From the NCBI GenBank assembly GCA_964436545.1, contig CAYTCJ010000005.1, positions 12,713-76,712 of the forward strand: 64,000 bases of DNA, written 5' to 3'. Under the pieces are notes generated by a model. It saw nothing but the letters and a program-made list of their open reading frames with translations, had not been told where the DNA came from and ran no database searches. This DNA is from an uncultured Candidatus Saccharibacteria bacterium (GTDB lineage: Bacteria; Patescibacteriota; Doudnabacteria; UBA920). Both the position numbers and the translations under genes were made by a program. Positions 18,364-27,642 of the stretch are shown here, in pieces. Positions within the stretch are counted from its first letter, which is position 1. Each line of letters opens with the position of its first letter.

Positions 18364-19923
18364 ATGGAAAATAATTCATTATCTTACAAAACTTTTAAAA
18401 ATGTGAGTTATAGTTTTATAGGTTTTGCTGTGCCGATAATTTTTTCCGTGTTCATTACTCCGGTGATTGTGCACAAATTGGGGGTGGCGGAATACGGGGT
18501 GCTGATTTTAACCAACACCATTATGGGATTTTTGGGCTTATTGGATTTAGGTTTAACCTCCGGCGTGATAAAAAAAATTTGTGAGTATCAAGTCTTAAAG
18601 AAAATGGAAAATTTGCAACTCATGCTGAGTACTGCCAATAGTTTATTTTGGCTGATTGGCATAATTAATTTTACCGTATTTTTTATACTAGGTAAGTTTT
18701 TTTTAAGCCGGTTTAATATTATTGCCAACGAAAATTTATTTTTAGTTTTTATTCTGGTAGGTTTGACTTCCTTTTTAACCGCCATAAATTCCATTTATAC
18801 CAGCATTCCACAAGCTTTGCAAAGGTTTGATATTGTCAATAAAATCAATTTAATTCAATTGTTAGTTTATAATCTTGGCGCCTTAATTTTAGCTTTACTC
18901 GGGTTTCAGTTAAAAGCCATTTTAGGCTTAAATTTAATTACCATAATTGGGTTGAGCTTGGCTTACCGGTTTTTTAGCTATAAAATTTTACCGGAGGTAA
19001 AGCTAAAATTAGCTTGGAGTTTTTTAGAATTAAAGGAGCTTTATGGATTTGGTCTGTTTACCGCCATTGCAAATATTGGTATGGGCGCGGTTAATCAATT
19101 TGACCGATTATTAATTCCAATTTTTTTAGGACCCACTCAACTTACTTATTACAGCTTACCCGGTAACGTAGCCCAAAAAACCACCACAGTGGTAGGGAGT
19201 TTAGGCGGAACTTTTTTTCCTTTAGCCAATGAGTTAGCCACTAAAGGGGAGGTGGTTAGGTTAGGAATAATTTTTCGAAGAGTTATTGGGAATCTAGCTG
19301 TATTGGCAATGGCCACAACAGTGAGTATTATTTTGTTTGGTAAAAAGATTTTGTGGTTTTGGCTGGGTAAAGATTTTGCCTTATTGGGTACCAATATTTT
19401 ATATCTTTTAGCCATTACTTATTTTTTACTTTCTTTGTTTGGCGTAATATACAATTTTTTAATTGGCCTTAGCAGGCAAAAAGCCGTAGCCAAATGGTCG
19501 CTGTTAATGGCTGGTATTAATTTACTGTTTTTGTTAATATTATTAAAGCCTTTGGGGATTTTGGGTGCAGCCATTGCTTATTTGGCTTCCGCTTTACCCA
19601 TTGTTATTCTGTTTTATTGGTTGGAAAAAACGGTTTTTTTGGCCAAAAATATTGGGAGTTTTTATGGGCGGTTATTGCTAAGATTGGGTTTTACCAGCAT
19701 AGTTTATGGATTGATAGTAGGGTCAACTTTATGGCAATGGACTAATAGTTTTACAGAGTTGGTAATTTTTGGCCCTCTGGCAGTTGGAAGTTTTATAGTT
19801 ATCTATTGGGCGTTAGGGTATATGGATACGGAAGATGAAAAATTGTTTAGAAGTTTTAGTTTGAAAATTTTACAAAAATTTAAATTAGCCAAAATCAGTA
19901 CCAATGAAGATTTTAGAAATTAA
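18364..19923 (+). CDS. wzx: Wzx-like MOP-superfamily oligosaccharide flippase
   Basis: 519 aa with about 12-14 TM helices, the polysaccharide-biosynthesis-protein topology, and its position inside a glycan locus. Confidence 0.6.
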   Translation: MENNSLSYKTFKNVSYSFIGFAVPIIFSVFITPVIVHKLGVAEYGVLILTNTIMGFLGLLDLGLTSGVIKKICEYQVLKKMENLQLMLSTANSLFWLIGIINFTVFFILGKFFLSRFNIIANENLFLVFILVGLTSFLTAINSIYTSIPQALQRFDIVNKINLIQLLVYNLGALILALLGFQLKAILGLNLITIIGLSLAYRFFSYKILPEVKLKLAWSFLELKELYGFGLFTAIANIGMGAVNQFDRLLIPIFLGPTQLTYYSLPGNVAQKTTTVVGSLGGTFFPLANELATKGEVVRLGIIFRRVIGNLAVLAMATTVSIILFGKKILWFWLGKDFALLGTNILYLLAITYFLLSLFGVIYNFLIGLSRQKAVAKWSLLMAGINLLFLLILLKPLGILGAAIAYLASALPIVILFYWLEKTVFLAKNIGSFYGRLLLRLGFTSIVYGLIVGSTLWQWTNSFTELVIFGPLAVGSFIVIYWALGYMDTEDEKLFRSFSLKILQKFKLAKISTNEDFRN

Positions 19924-20530
19924 AAATTTAGCCCTTCCGGGCGTTAAAGTCATAAAATTTGCCAGATTTGCGGATGATCGTGGGTATTTTACGGAAACTT
20001 TCAGGCAAAGTGATGTCGTAAATAATTCGCAATGGGATTTTTTACAAGCATACAACTTCGTGCAAACCAACGAAAGTTTTTCTAAAAAAAATGTAGTGAA
20101 AGGGTTGCACTTTCAATGGGAGCCTCCACTTGGCAAGTTGCTGAGAACTATAAACGGTCATATGGTGGATATGATCTTAGATATCCGGAAGCAATCTTCC
20201 ACTTTTGGTAAAATAATTTTGTACGACTTGCCCTCCAGTAAGACCCAAGATTATGGTGAATGGATTTGGTTGCCTCCCGGTGTGGCGCATGGTAGCTTCT
20301 TTTTAGAAGATAGTTTTAATGAATATTTTTTTACTGCCGATTATAACCCAAAAGGGGAAGCGGGGATATCGCCTTTAACTGAAGATTTAGATTGGTCTTT
20401 AGCCGACGTTAAGTTAAAAGAACAGTTTGAGCAATTGAAACAAGGTTCAATATTAATTAGTGGTAAAGATAGAGCCGGAATGTCTTTGACTGATTGGCAA
20501 AAAGACGAAAGAGCAGAAAATTTCCAATAA
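19904..20530 (+). CDS. RmlC-like NDP-4-keto-6-deoxyhexose 3,5-epimerase (cupin)
   Basis: KFARFADDRGYFTETFRQ, GLHFQWEPPLGKLLRTINGHMVDMILDIRKQSSTFGKI, WLPPGVAHGSF, the RmlC family motifs. Confidence 0.65.
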   Translation: MKILEIKNLALPGVKVIKFARFADDRGYFTETFRQSDVVNNSQWDFLQAYNFVQTNESFSKKNVVKGLHFQWEPPLGKLLRTINGHMVDMILDIRKQSSTFGKIILYDLPSSKTQDYGEWIWLPPGVAHGSFFLEDSFNEYFFTADYNPKGEAGISPLTEDLDWSLADVKLKEQFEQLKQGSILISGKDRAGMSLTDWQKDERAENFQ

Positions 20531-20556
20531 TTATTAAAGCGGTAAATTTTAACGGG

Positions 20557-21786
20557 ATGTATAAACACAATACTTATTGTCGGATTTGCAAATCTCAAAA
20601 TTTGGTAAAATTTTTAGATTTGGGCAATCAACCTTTAGCCAATTCATTTTTAAAAACTAAGAGTCAATTCGCCCATGAACCAAAGTATCCTTTGGCGGTT
20701 TATTTTTGCGAGGATTGTAATTTGGCTCAACTGTTAGATGTGGTGAGCAAGGAAGAAATGTTTTCCGATTATATTTATTTTACTTCCGGGATGCCTAAAA
20801 TTTCCAACCATTTTAAAGCTTACGCCGAGGATATTATGGCTCGTTTTTTAAAGGCCGGAGAATTGGTGGTGGAAATCGCCAGTAACGATGGTATCTTGTT
20901 GAAATTTTTTCAGGATGCGGGTTTCAGAGCCTTGGGTGTGGACCCGGCAGTAAACGTGGTAAAGACTGCGGAAAAATTGGGTGTTAAGACGATTGTGGAT
21001 TTTTTTAGCGAACAGGTAGCAGAATCCATTGTGCAGACACAGGGTAAAGCTAAGGCAATTTTAGCTAACAACGTTGTAGCTCATATAGACGATCATCATG
21101 ACCTGGCCCTCGGAGTGGCAAAGCTTTTGGCAGAGGATGGGGTTTTTGTTTTGGAAGCGCCTTATTTGGTGGATATGTTTGAAAATTTAACTTATGACAC
21201 GATTTACCACGAGCATTTGTCTTTTTTGGCAGTCAGGCCCTTAAAAAAATTATTTGCACAGTTTGGTTTAGAAATTTTTGATGTTGAGGTAAATGCGGTT
21301 CAAGGACAATCTTTACGAGTTTTTATTGGACATTCAGGCAAGCACAGTCTTTCGCCCAATGTACAAAAATATATGGAGTTAGAGCAGTCCATGGGCCTTG
21401 ATCAATTTGCAACCTATCAAAAATTAGCATTAAGAGTGGAGTCGCAAAAACAACAATTGGTTAAATTACTGAACGATTTAAAAGCACAAGGAAAAAAAAT
21501 TTCAGCTTATGGGGCGCCAGCGAAAGGCAATACCATGCTTAATTATTGCCAAATCGGTACAGAAATTTTAGAGTATGTTTTGGAAGATTTACCCGCTAAG
21601 CAAGGTTTGTATACCCCCGGCATGCATATCCCGACTGTTGATGCCGGATATGCGCATAGTCATGAGCCGGATTATTACTTAATGCTTGCTTGGAATTATG
21701 AGAAAGCAATTTTAGAAAAAGAAAAAACATATTTAAGTAAGGGCGGAAAGTTTATTATTCCAGTGGAGGGTATAAGATTAATTTAA
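20557..21786 (+). CDS. Zn-ribbon plus class I SAM C-methyltransferase, second paralogue
   Basis: YCRICKSQ...YFCEDCNLAQL Zn ribbon, VVEIASNDGILL Rossmann, and a C-terminal C-methyltransferase-type domain. The start was set at the ATG at 20557, downstream of the upstream stop. Confidence 0.6.
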   Translation: MYKHNTYCRICKSQNLVKFLDLGNQPLANSFLKTKSQFAHEPKYPLAVYFCEDCNLAQLLDVVSKEEMFSDYIYFTSGMPKISNHFKAYAEDIMARFLKAGELVVEIASNDGILLKFFQDAGFRALGVDPAVNVVKTAEKLGVKTIVDFFSEQVAESIVQTQGKAKAILANNVVAHIDDHHDLALGVAKLLAEDGVFVLEAPYLVDMFENLTYDTIYHEHLSFLAVRPLKKLFAQFGLEIFDVEVNAVQGQSLRVFIGHSGKHSLSPNVQKYMELEQSMGLDQFATYQKLALRVESQKQQLVKLLNDLKAQGKKISAYGAPAKGNTMLNYCQIGTEILEYVLEDLPAKQGLYTPGMHIPTVDAGYAHSHEPDYYLMLAWNYEKAILEKEKTYLSKGGKFIIPVEGIRLI

Positions 21787-21790
21787 AAAA

Positions 21791-22873
21791 ATGACAAAGC
21801 TTGCAAAACTTAAAACCCAAAAAATCCCCGCAAAAAATATTTTAGTAACCGGTGGCGCAGGTTTTATTGGCTCAAATTTTATTCGGTATTTATATCACCG
21901 TTACCCCACGTATCGAATTTTTAATTATGATTTGCTAACCTATGCAGGCAATTTAGATAATTTGCGTGATGTGGTTAAATTAGAATCGAATAAAACTAAG
22001 GCTAATAAACGATATTTTTTTATTCAGGGTGATATTGGAGACGAAAAGCTTTTGGATAAATTATTTGCTATGTATAAGTTCGATATTGTAGTAAATTTTG
22101 CTGCCGAAAGTCACGTGGACCGTTCCATTATTAGCTCGCAAAATTTTATTAAGGTTAATGTAATGGGTGTGCATATTTTGATTGACTTAGCCAAAAAATA
22201 TCAGACACCACGGTTTGTTCATATTTCTACCGATGAAATTTACGGGGATATTGGCAAAGGTCAAAGCACAGAAAAATCACATTTAAAGCCTTCTAATCCT
22301 TATGCTGCTTCTAAAGCGGCGGCTGATTTTTTAGTTCAGTCTTATATTCGTACGCACAATTTTCCCGCGGTTATTATGCGGGGGTCAAATAATTTTGGTT
22401 TTTTTCAATATCCTGAAAAGTTGATTCCGCTTGCGATTACTAATCTTTTGGAAGGCCGGTTAGTACCGATTCATGGCGGGGGACATCATGTAAGAACGTG
22501 GCTTCATGTGGAAGATTTTTGCAGTGCTATAGATTTAGCAATGCATCGGGCTAAAAATGGAAGCATTTATAATGTTGCGGGATTGCCAAAAAAGAACCGA
22601 GATATTATTAAGGAAATTTGTCGTATGCTTGGTAAAGATTTTAATACTCACGTTCGGTTTGTATCCGATCGTCCGGGTGCGGATTTCCGCTATGCCCCCA
22701 CGGCTTCAAAATTAGAAAAAGAATTAGGTTGGCAACCCGTAAAGAGTATTAACACTAATTTGCAGGAAATTGTAAAATGGTATAGAGAGAATCATACTTG
22801 GTGGGAAAAAATAAAAAAGCAAAAAGAATTTTTGGACCATTATCATAAACAGTCACGCGCTTTGTATTATTAG
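21791..22873 (+). CDS. rfbB: dTDP-glucose 4,6-dehydratase
   Basis: ILVTGGAGFIGSNFIRYL, NFAAESHVDRSI, YAASKAAADFLVQSY (YxxxK). Confidence 0.75.
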   Translation: MTKLAKLKTQKIPAKNILVTGGAGFIGSNFIRYLYHRYPTYRIFNYDLLTYAGNLDNLRDVVKLESNKTKANKRYFFIQGDIGDEKLLDKLFAMYKFDIVVNFAAESHVDRSIISSQNFIKVNVMGVHILIDLAKKYQTPRFVHISTDEIYGDIGKGQSTEKSHLKPSNPYAASKAAADFLVQSYIRTHNFPAVIMRGSNNFGFFQYPEKLIPLAITNLLEGRLVPIHGGGHHVRTWLHVEDFCSAIDLAMHRAKNGSIYNVAGLPKKNRDIIKEICRMLGKDFNTHVRFVSDRPGADFRYAPTASKLEKELGWQPVKSINTNLQEIVKWYRENHTWWEKIKKQKEFLDHYHKQSRALYY

Positions 22874-22891
22874 CTTCATAAATCGGGTTTT

Positions 22892-23992
22892 ATGGTTGTA
22901 TCAAAAAAATTTTGGAAAAATCGAAAAGTTTTAATAACCGGCGCCAGTGGTTTTGTGGGTTCTAAATTAAGTTTGGCTCTATTTAATTTAGGTGCTCAAG
23001 TAATTGCGGTAGTCCGCCCAGGCACGCAGAAAAGTTCTTTATCCGGCATAAGTGCCAAAATTAAAATTACTGCTTGCAATCTTTCAGATATGGAGCAGGT
23101 TAAAAAACTTTTTCTAAATCAGACTATAGACACTGTCTTTCATCTCGCCGCTTCTCCCATAGTAAGTCAAGTAGCCATGCAACCTCATTTGAGTGTGGAA
23201 AATAACGTATTAAGTACTTTAAATATCTTGGAGGTTTGTCGGCTGAATAAAGTTAAACGAGTGCTGTTAGCATCTTCGGACAAGGTTTATGGTGAACATG
23301 CCAAAACAGAATTAGAATCTTTACCGTTTAAAGAAAGTTATGCTTTAAGAGGTTTAGATATATATAGCGCCTCTAAAGTTTGCGCTGATACTTTAGCACA
23401 AGCTTACGCCTATCAGTATAGAATGTTAGTGGCGGTTTTAAGGTGTGGTAATATTTATGGACCCGGGGATGTGAATTTTACTAGGCTGATTCCCAGAACC
23501 ATTATGCTCCTTTTGTCGGGACGCGCACCGGTAATTAAAGCCGGTCATGAGAAAGTTTTGCGGGAATATTTGTACATAGATGATGCCGTCAGCGCCTATA
23601 TTTTTTTAGCGGAAAAATTAGAAACTTATTACGGATTGAATTTACAGAATATGCCTAAGGTCGGCAAACAAACTTATGGTTGGTTGGCGTTTAATGTGGG
23701 CTCTTACAATCGAAGCCAAACGAAAAAGTTATCAAGTTGTACTAACATTCAAAACGTTACACAAATTATAAAGCTTTTATCTAAGAAAATTAGGTTTATT
23801 CAGCCGGTTGTAGTTTTAAAACCCCCCAAGTATATTGAAATACCCAATGAATATTTAGATTCCACAAAAATATTACAACTGGGTTTTAAAACCAGAGTTA
23901 CTTTGGAGCAGGGGATTGAAAATTCGGTGGTTTGGTATAAAGATAATTTTCAATCATTAAAATCGAAATTTTTGAAACAGGTTTCAGCCTAA
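22892..23992 (+). CDS. CDP-glucose 4,6-dehydratase-like extended SDR (RfbG-like)
   Basis: The N-terminus KKFWKNRKVLITGASGFVGSKLSLALFNLGAQV mirrors the RfbG N-terminus (FWKGKRVFVTGHTGFKGSWLSLWL). YSASK catalytic dyad. Confidence 0.5.
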   Translation: MVVSKKFWKNRKVLITGASGFVGSKLSLALFNLGAQVIAVVRPGTQKSSLSGISAKIKITACNLSDMEQVKKLFLNQTIDTVFHLAASPIVSQVAMQPHLSVENNVLSTLNILEVCRLNKVKRVLLASSDKVYGEHAKTELESLPFKESYALRGLDIYSASKVCADTLAQAYAYQYRMLVAVLRCGNIYGPGDVNFTRLIPRTIMLLLSGRAPVIKAGHEKVLREYLYIDDAVSAYIFLAEKLETYYGLNLQNMPKVGKQTYGWLAFNVGSYNRSQTKKLSSCTNIQNVTQIIKLLSKKIRFIQPVVVLKPPKYIEIPNEYLDSTKILQLGFKTRVTLEQGIENSVVWYKDNFQSLKSKFLKQVSA

Positions 23993-24007
23993 AGTTTTTT
24001 AAAGTAT

Positions 24008-24868
24008 ATGAAAAAGGTTTTAATTTTGGGAAGTGAAGGTCAGTTAGGGTTCGATAGTGCCCAGCTTTTTAAAAATGAGTATCTTGTTGCTCAGTATAAT
24101 CATAGAGAAGCGGATATTACCAATTGGCAAAATTTAAATAGTATAGTTAGCCTCGAAAAGCCGGATTTTATAATTAACGCCACAGCCTATAATAAAGTGG
24201 AAGTGGCGGAAACCGATAGCGATACGGCTTTTGCGGTGAATGCGAAAGGTGTGGAAAATTTAGTCAACGTCAGTAAAGCGGTCGGTGCTATTTTGGTACA
24301 TGTAAGTACAGACTATGTATTTGATGGGAGTAAAGATTTTTTTGTGGAAAATGATATACCCCATCCTTTAAACGTTTATGGCAAATCCAAATTAGATGGG
24401 GAGAAGTATGTTCAAGAAAGCGGTTTAAATTATTACCTCATTAGGACGAGTTCGGTGTTTGGTGCCAAACCAAGCAGTCAGAAACAAAATTTTGTAGATA
24501 AAATGATTAGCTTGGCGAAAGCCGGACAGACATTAAAAGTAGTAGATGATCAAATTATGAGTCCCACTTATTCTTTAGACTTAGCTTTTAAAATTAAAGA
24601 ATTGATAGCAAAGCCTGCGCCGTTTGGGTTATACCATATCACAAATCAGGGGAGCTGTAGTTGGTATGAGTTGGCAAAAAAAAGTTTGGAAATAATGCAG
24701 ATTAATGCTACAATAGAGCCAATTAATTCTAAAGATTCAGGGAGTAAAGTGAACAGACCTAAAAGAAGCGTGCTAAAGAATTTAGCTTTAGAGCAGGTAG
24801 GTATTAAACCTATGCCTTTATGGCAAGACGCCCTCTTAAGGTATTTAAAAGAAAAGTATAATGTATGA
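24008..24868 (+). CDS. rfbD: dTDP-4-dehydrorhamnose reductase
   Basis: MKKVLILGSEGQLG, HVSTDYVFDG, YGKSKLDGE, RTSSVFG, the RmlD motifs. Confidence 0.75.
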   Translation: MKKVLILGSEGQLGFDSAQLFKNEYLVAQYNHREADITNWQNLNSIVSLEKPDFIINATAYNKVEVAETDSDTAFAVNAKGVENLVNVSKAVGAILVHVSTDYVFDGSKDFFVENDIPHPLNVYGKSKLDGEKYVQESGLNYYLIRTSSVFGAKPSSQKQNFVDKMISLAKAGQTLKVVDDQIMSPTYSLDLAFKIKELIAKPAPFGLYHITNQGSCSWYELAKKSLEIMQINATIEPINSKDSGSKVNRPKRSVLKNLALEQVGIKPMPLWQDALLRYLKEKYNV

Positions 24869-25674
24869 TTTATCCTTTACTAAAAGCAATGGGGAGTGAT
24901 TATTCCATTGGTGTGGTGACTTACGTAAAACGGTTTGAAACTTATTTCAAACCGTTGGTTTTATCTTTGGAAAAATATTTTCCCGGAGTAGAAAAGAATT
25001 ATGTATTAAACGGATTTTATGATCCGGTTATTCAAGAGCAGTATGTAAAAGAGGCTAAGGAATTTTTAAAAGGCACTTCGGCTTCTAATGTTATAGCGTA
25101 TAACGAAAGCCAACCTTTGGCACGCTGTTTTAATCAGTTAATTTTACATTCCTCCGGAAAAAAAGTTTTAATTTTAAATGACGATTTGTTGGTTAGGGCT
25201 TGGTTTCGTCCGTGTTTGGAGATGCAAATGTGGCCGTTTGAGAATGGGGTGGTGAATAATACTTGGAGCATTAGTTGGCTTTCCAAGGAAACGGTTAGAA
25301 AAGTGGGCTGGTTTGACGAAAGATTTCCAGCCATTGGTAATGAAGACGGCGATTATGGGATGCGAATTGCTTTACAAAAAGGTCAAAAAGCAATGCAAGT
25401 TTTGCACCAACATAATATTTACTGCTTCGGCATTACCAATGTAGTTGCGGGCAATACGGATCCGGGTTGGAAAAAAGATTCTGCTATAATTGGCAGTGGT
25501 TATGCGCAAGCCAATAAAGATTATTTTGATAAGAAATGGGAAACGAGTAAAAATTTTTTAGAAAACTCAGTTTGTTTACAAGGAGTGTATTATCGAATCC
25601 GTCCCGGTTTTGAAACCCCGCAATTTTACGAATACAAGTTATTAGATAATCCTTTAAAATCCCCGGTAAAATAG
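24865..25674 (+). CDS. Putative GT-A-like glycosyltransferase; function uncertain
   Basis: KKVLILNDDLLV and GNEDGDYGMR acidic motifs; no other recognisable signature. Confidence 0.35.
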   Translation: MIYPLLKAMGSDYSIGVVTYVKRFETYFKPLVLSLEKYFPGVEKNYVLNGFYDPVIQEQYVKEAKEFLKGTSASNVIAYNESQPLARCFNQLILHSSGKKVLILNDDLLVRAWFRPCLEMQMWPFENGVVNNTWSISWLSKETVRKVGWFDERFPAIGNEDGDYGMRIALQKGQKAMQVLHQHNIYCFGITNVVAGNTDPGWKKDSAIIGSGYAQANKDYFDKKWETSKNFLENSVCLQGVYYRIRPGFETPQFYEYKLLDNPLKSPVK

Positions 25675-25680
25675 TTGAAA

Positions 25681-25716
25681 GCCCCGCCCTTTGCTGACAA
25701 AGAGCGGGGCTTTAAA
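25681..25716 (+). terminator. Rho-independent terminator
   Basis: gccccgccctttg / caaagagcggggc stem followed by tttaaatttt. Confidence 0.55.
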
Positions 25717-25745
25717 TTTTCAGTTAGAAATGGTATTATGGGATT

Positions 25746-26894
25746 ATGTCAAAAACGTTTATTTACCCAAGAACACAGTGTCCGGTTTGTGAAACCACCC
25801 AGCTTCCAGGAGCGATTTTACCCCATAAACATTTACCTTTTCCGCTTTTGCCGGTGTGCGTAGACACGCCTCAAAGCCAAGATGAATTTGCACCTTTTAG
25901 TATTACCATTTGCGAAAAGTGTGGACTGATTCAATTAGTGGATGTGGCTGATCCGGTAGTTTTATATAAAATTTTTCATTCCGATGGTATTGGTAAAGTT
26001 TGGGAAGAGCATTATGAAAAATTTTCTCGTCTTATATTCAAACATCATACTGGGGGAAGTCTGCTTGAGATTGGCTCCGGTCAGGGTAAGTTGATGAAAA
26101 AGTTATTAGAGCATTACCAGACCGGTATGGAAGTGATTGATCCGCAATACGAAGGCCCGAAAGAAAACGTGGTAGTGCATCCTACTTTGCTCAATGCTGA
26201 ATTTGCGTTACAGAATAAAAATAAGTTTTCTGCCGTGGTTTCTTCTCATACATTAGAACATTTTATAGACTTCAATGATTATTTTAGAGATGCTTGGCAG
26301 GTGTTAACCGCCGGCGGATTGCTGTTTACTTCGGTGCCAAATCAGGAGTCAAATTTTGCCAAAGGTTATGGTAATCAATTGAATTTTGAACATCCATCTA
26401 TTTGTACCAATGCCCATTGGCAATATTTACATTATAAAAATGGGTTTGAAATCAAGGAGCTTAGTTTTTTTAAAGATCATTCTGTGCAAATTGTAGCCAA
26501 AAAAGTGGAAAAAGCTATGGAGTTTAATTTAGATGTCAAAGAATTGTCCTTTGCTATTTTAAAACAGTATGAACATAGCATTCAGAATCGGATAAAAATT
26601 ATTTTAGATCAGGCAAAGCCTAACAAGCAGAATTGGATTTTTGGTGCCAGTAATTTTACTCAGCCTTTGTTTGTGTATGGGCTTGATGAAAAAATTTTTA
26701 CCGGGGTTATGGATAACAGTCCACTCAAACACAACAAGCGTCTTTACGGTACATCGTTAATCTGCCGAAAACCCGAAGAGGTGCTTAAAGAGTCGGAAAA
26801 TCTGAGAATATTTTTAAATATCGGACAATATAACATTGAAGTTCAAGAGCAACTATTGGCCATAAATAAAACTCTCGAATTAATTATGCTGTAA
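25746..26894 (+). CDS. Zn-ribbon plus class I SAM methyltransferase, third paralogue of the 14080 and 20557 family
   Basis: CPVCETTQL...CEKCGLIQL Zn ribbon, LLEIGSGQGKL Rossmann, and a C-terminal domain. Confidence 0.55.
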   Translation: MSKTFIYPRTQCPVCETTQLPGAILPHKHLPFPLLPVCVDTPQSQDEFAPFSITICEKCGLIQLVDVADPVVLYKIFHSDGIGKVWEEHYEKFSRLIFKHHTGGSLLEIGSGQGKLMKKLLEHYQTGMEVIDPQYEGPKENVVVHPTLLNAEFALQNKNKFSAVVSSHTLEHFIDFNDYFRDAWQVLTAGGLLFTSVPNQESNFAKGYGNQLNFEHPSICTNAHWQYLHYKNGFEIKELSFFKDHSVQIVAKKVEKAMEFNLDVKELSFAILKQYEHSIQNRIKIILDQAKPNKQNWIFGASNFTQPLFVYGLDEKIFTGVMDNSPLKHNKRLYGTSLICRKPEEVLKESENLRIFLNIGQYNIEVQEQLLAINKTLELIML

Positions 26895-26895
26895 T

Positions 26896-27624
26896 ATGGT
26901 TAACTTTAAAGTTTTAATTACCACTTCTGGGATAGGTTCTCGTTTAGGGGAACTAACTAAGCATACAAATAAGGCATTAATAAAAGTCGCGGGCAAACCG
27001 GCGATTGATTATATTATAGAAAGTTATCCAAAAGATGTGGAGTTTGTGGTCACTATTGGCTATTTAAAAGAACAGGTTAGGGATTATTTAAAAAGTCGAT
27101 TTCCCAGTCATAAATTTACTTTTGCTGAAGTAGATAAGTTTGATGGACTCGGCACGAGTATGGGTTATTCTATACTTCAAGCCAGACAATATTTAACTTG
27201 CCCGTTTATTATTCAATGTAATGATACTTTGGTGTTTGAACCGATTTTAGATCCCAATCTGGAAAATTGGAATGCCGGCACCTTTGGTTCATCTGCTGTA
27301 TCTTATACTTCTTTTAAAATAGTTGGAGATCGCATTTCCAAAATAGCGGATAAAGGCGCCGTGGATTATGATTTGTTGCATATTGGCTTTGTCGGGATAA
27401 AAGATCATGAATTGTTTTGGGAATGTTTGGCAGAACTCTATCATAAAAATCCTAATGATAGCGTGTTAAACGATACCCGCACTATGAATGTTATGATGGA
27501 CAGGGGTGCTACTTTTAAACCCGTGGAATATAAGTTATGGTTGGATATCGGCAATCCGCATGCTCTCAAAGAGACAGAAAAATATTTACTTGCCCATCCT
27601 AATTTACTAACACCTAACACCTAA
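26896..27624 (+). CDS. Stand-alone sugar-phosphate nucleotidyltransferase (MurU/LicC-like, non-RmlA type)
   Basis: KVLITTSGIGSRLGELTKHTNKALIKVAGKPAIDYIIE is an NTP_transferase fold with a noncanonical G-loop. It is paralogous to the N-terminal domain of the next gene. Confidence 0.6.
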   Translation: MVNFKVLITTSGIGSRLGELTKHTNKALIKVAGKPAIDYIIESYPKDVEFVVTIGYLKEQVRDYLKSRFPSHKFTFAEVDKFDGLGTSMGYSILQARQYLTCPFIIQCNDTLVFEPILDPNLENWNAGTFGSSAVSYTSFKIVGDRISKIADKGAVDYDLLHIGFVGIKDHELFWECLAELYHKNPNDSVLNDTRTMNVMMDRGATFKPVEYKLWLDIGNPHALKETEKYLLAHPNLLTPNT

Positions 27625-27642
27625 TCACTAATACCTATTCTT

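Noticed and set aside
25675-25863. 62-aa ORF spanning the terminator hairpin and the start of the third methyltransferase
   Set aside because: It overlaps the rho-independent terminator and the better-supported Zn-ribbon methyltransferase start at 25746, and its sequence is low-complexity.
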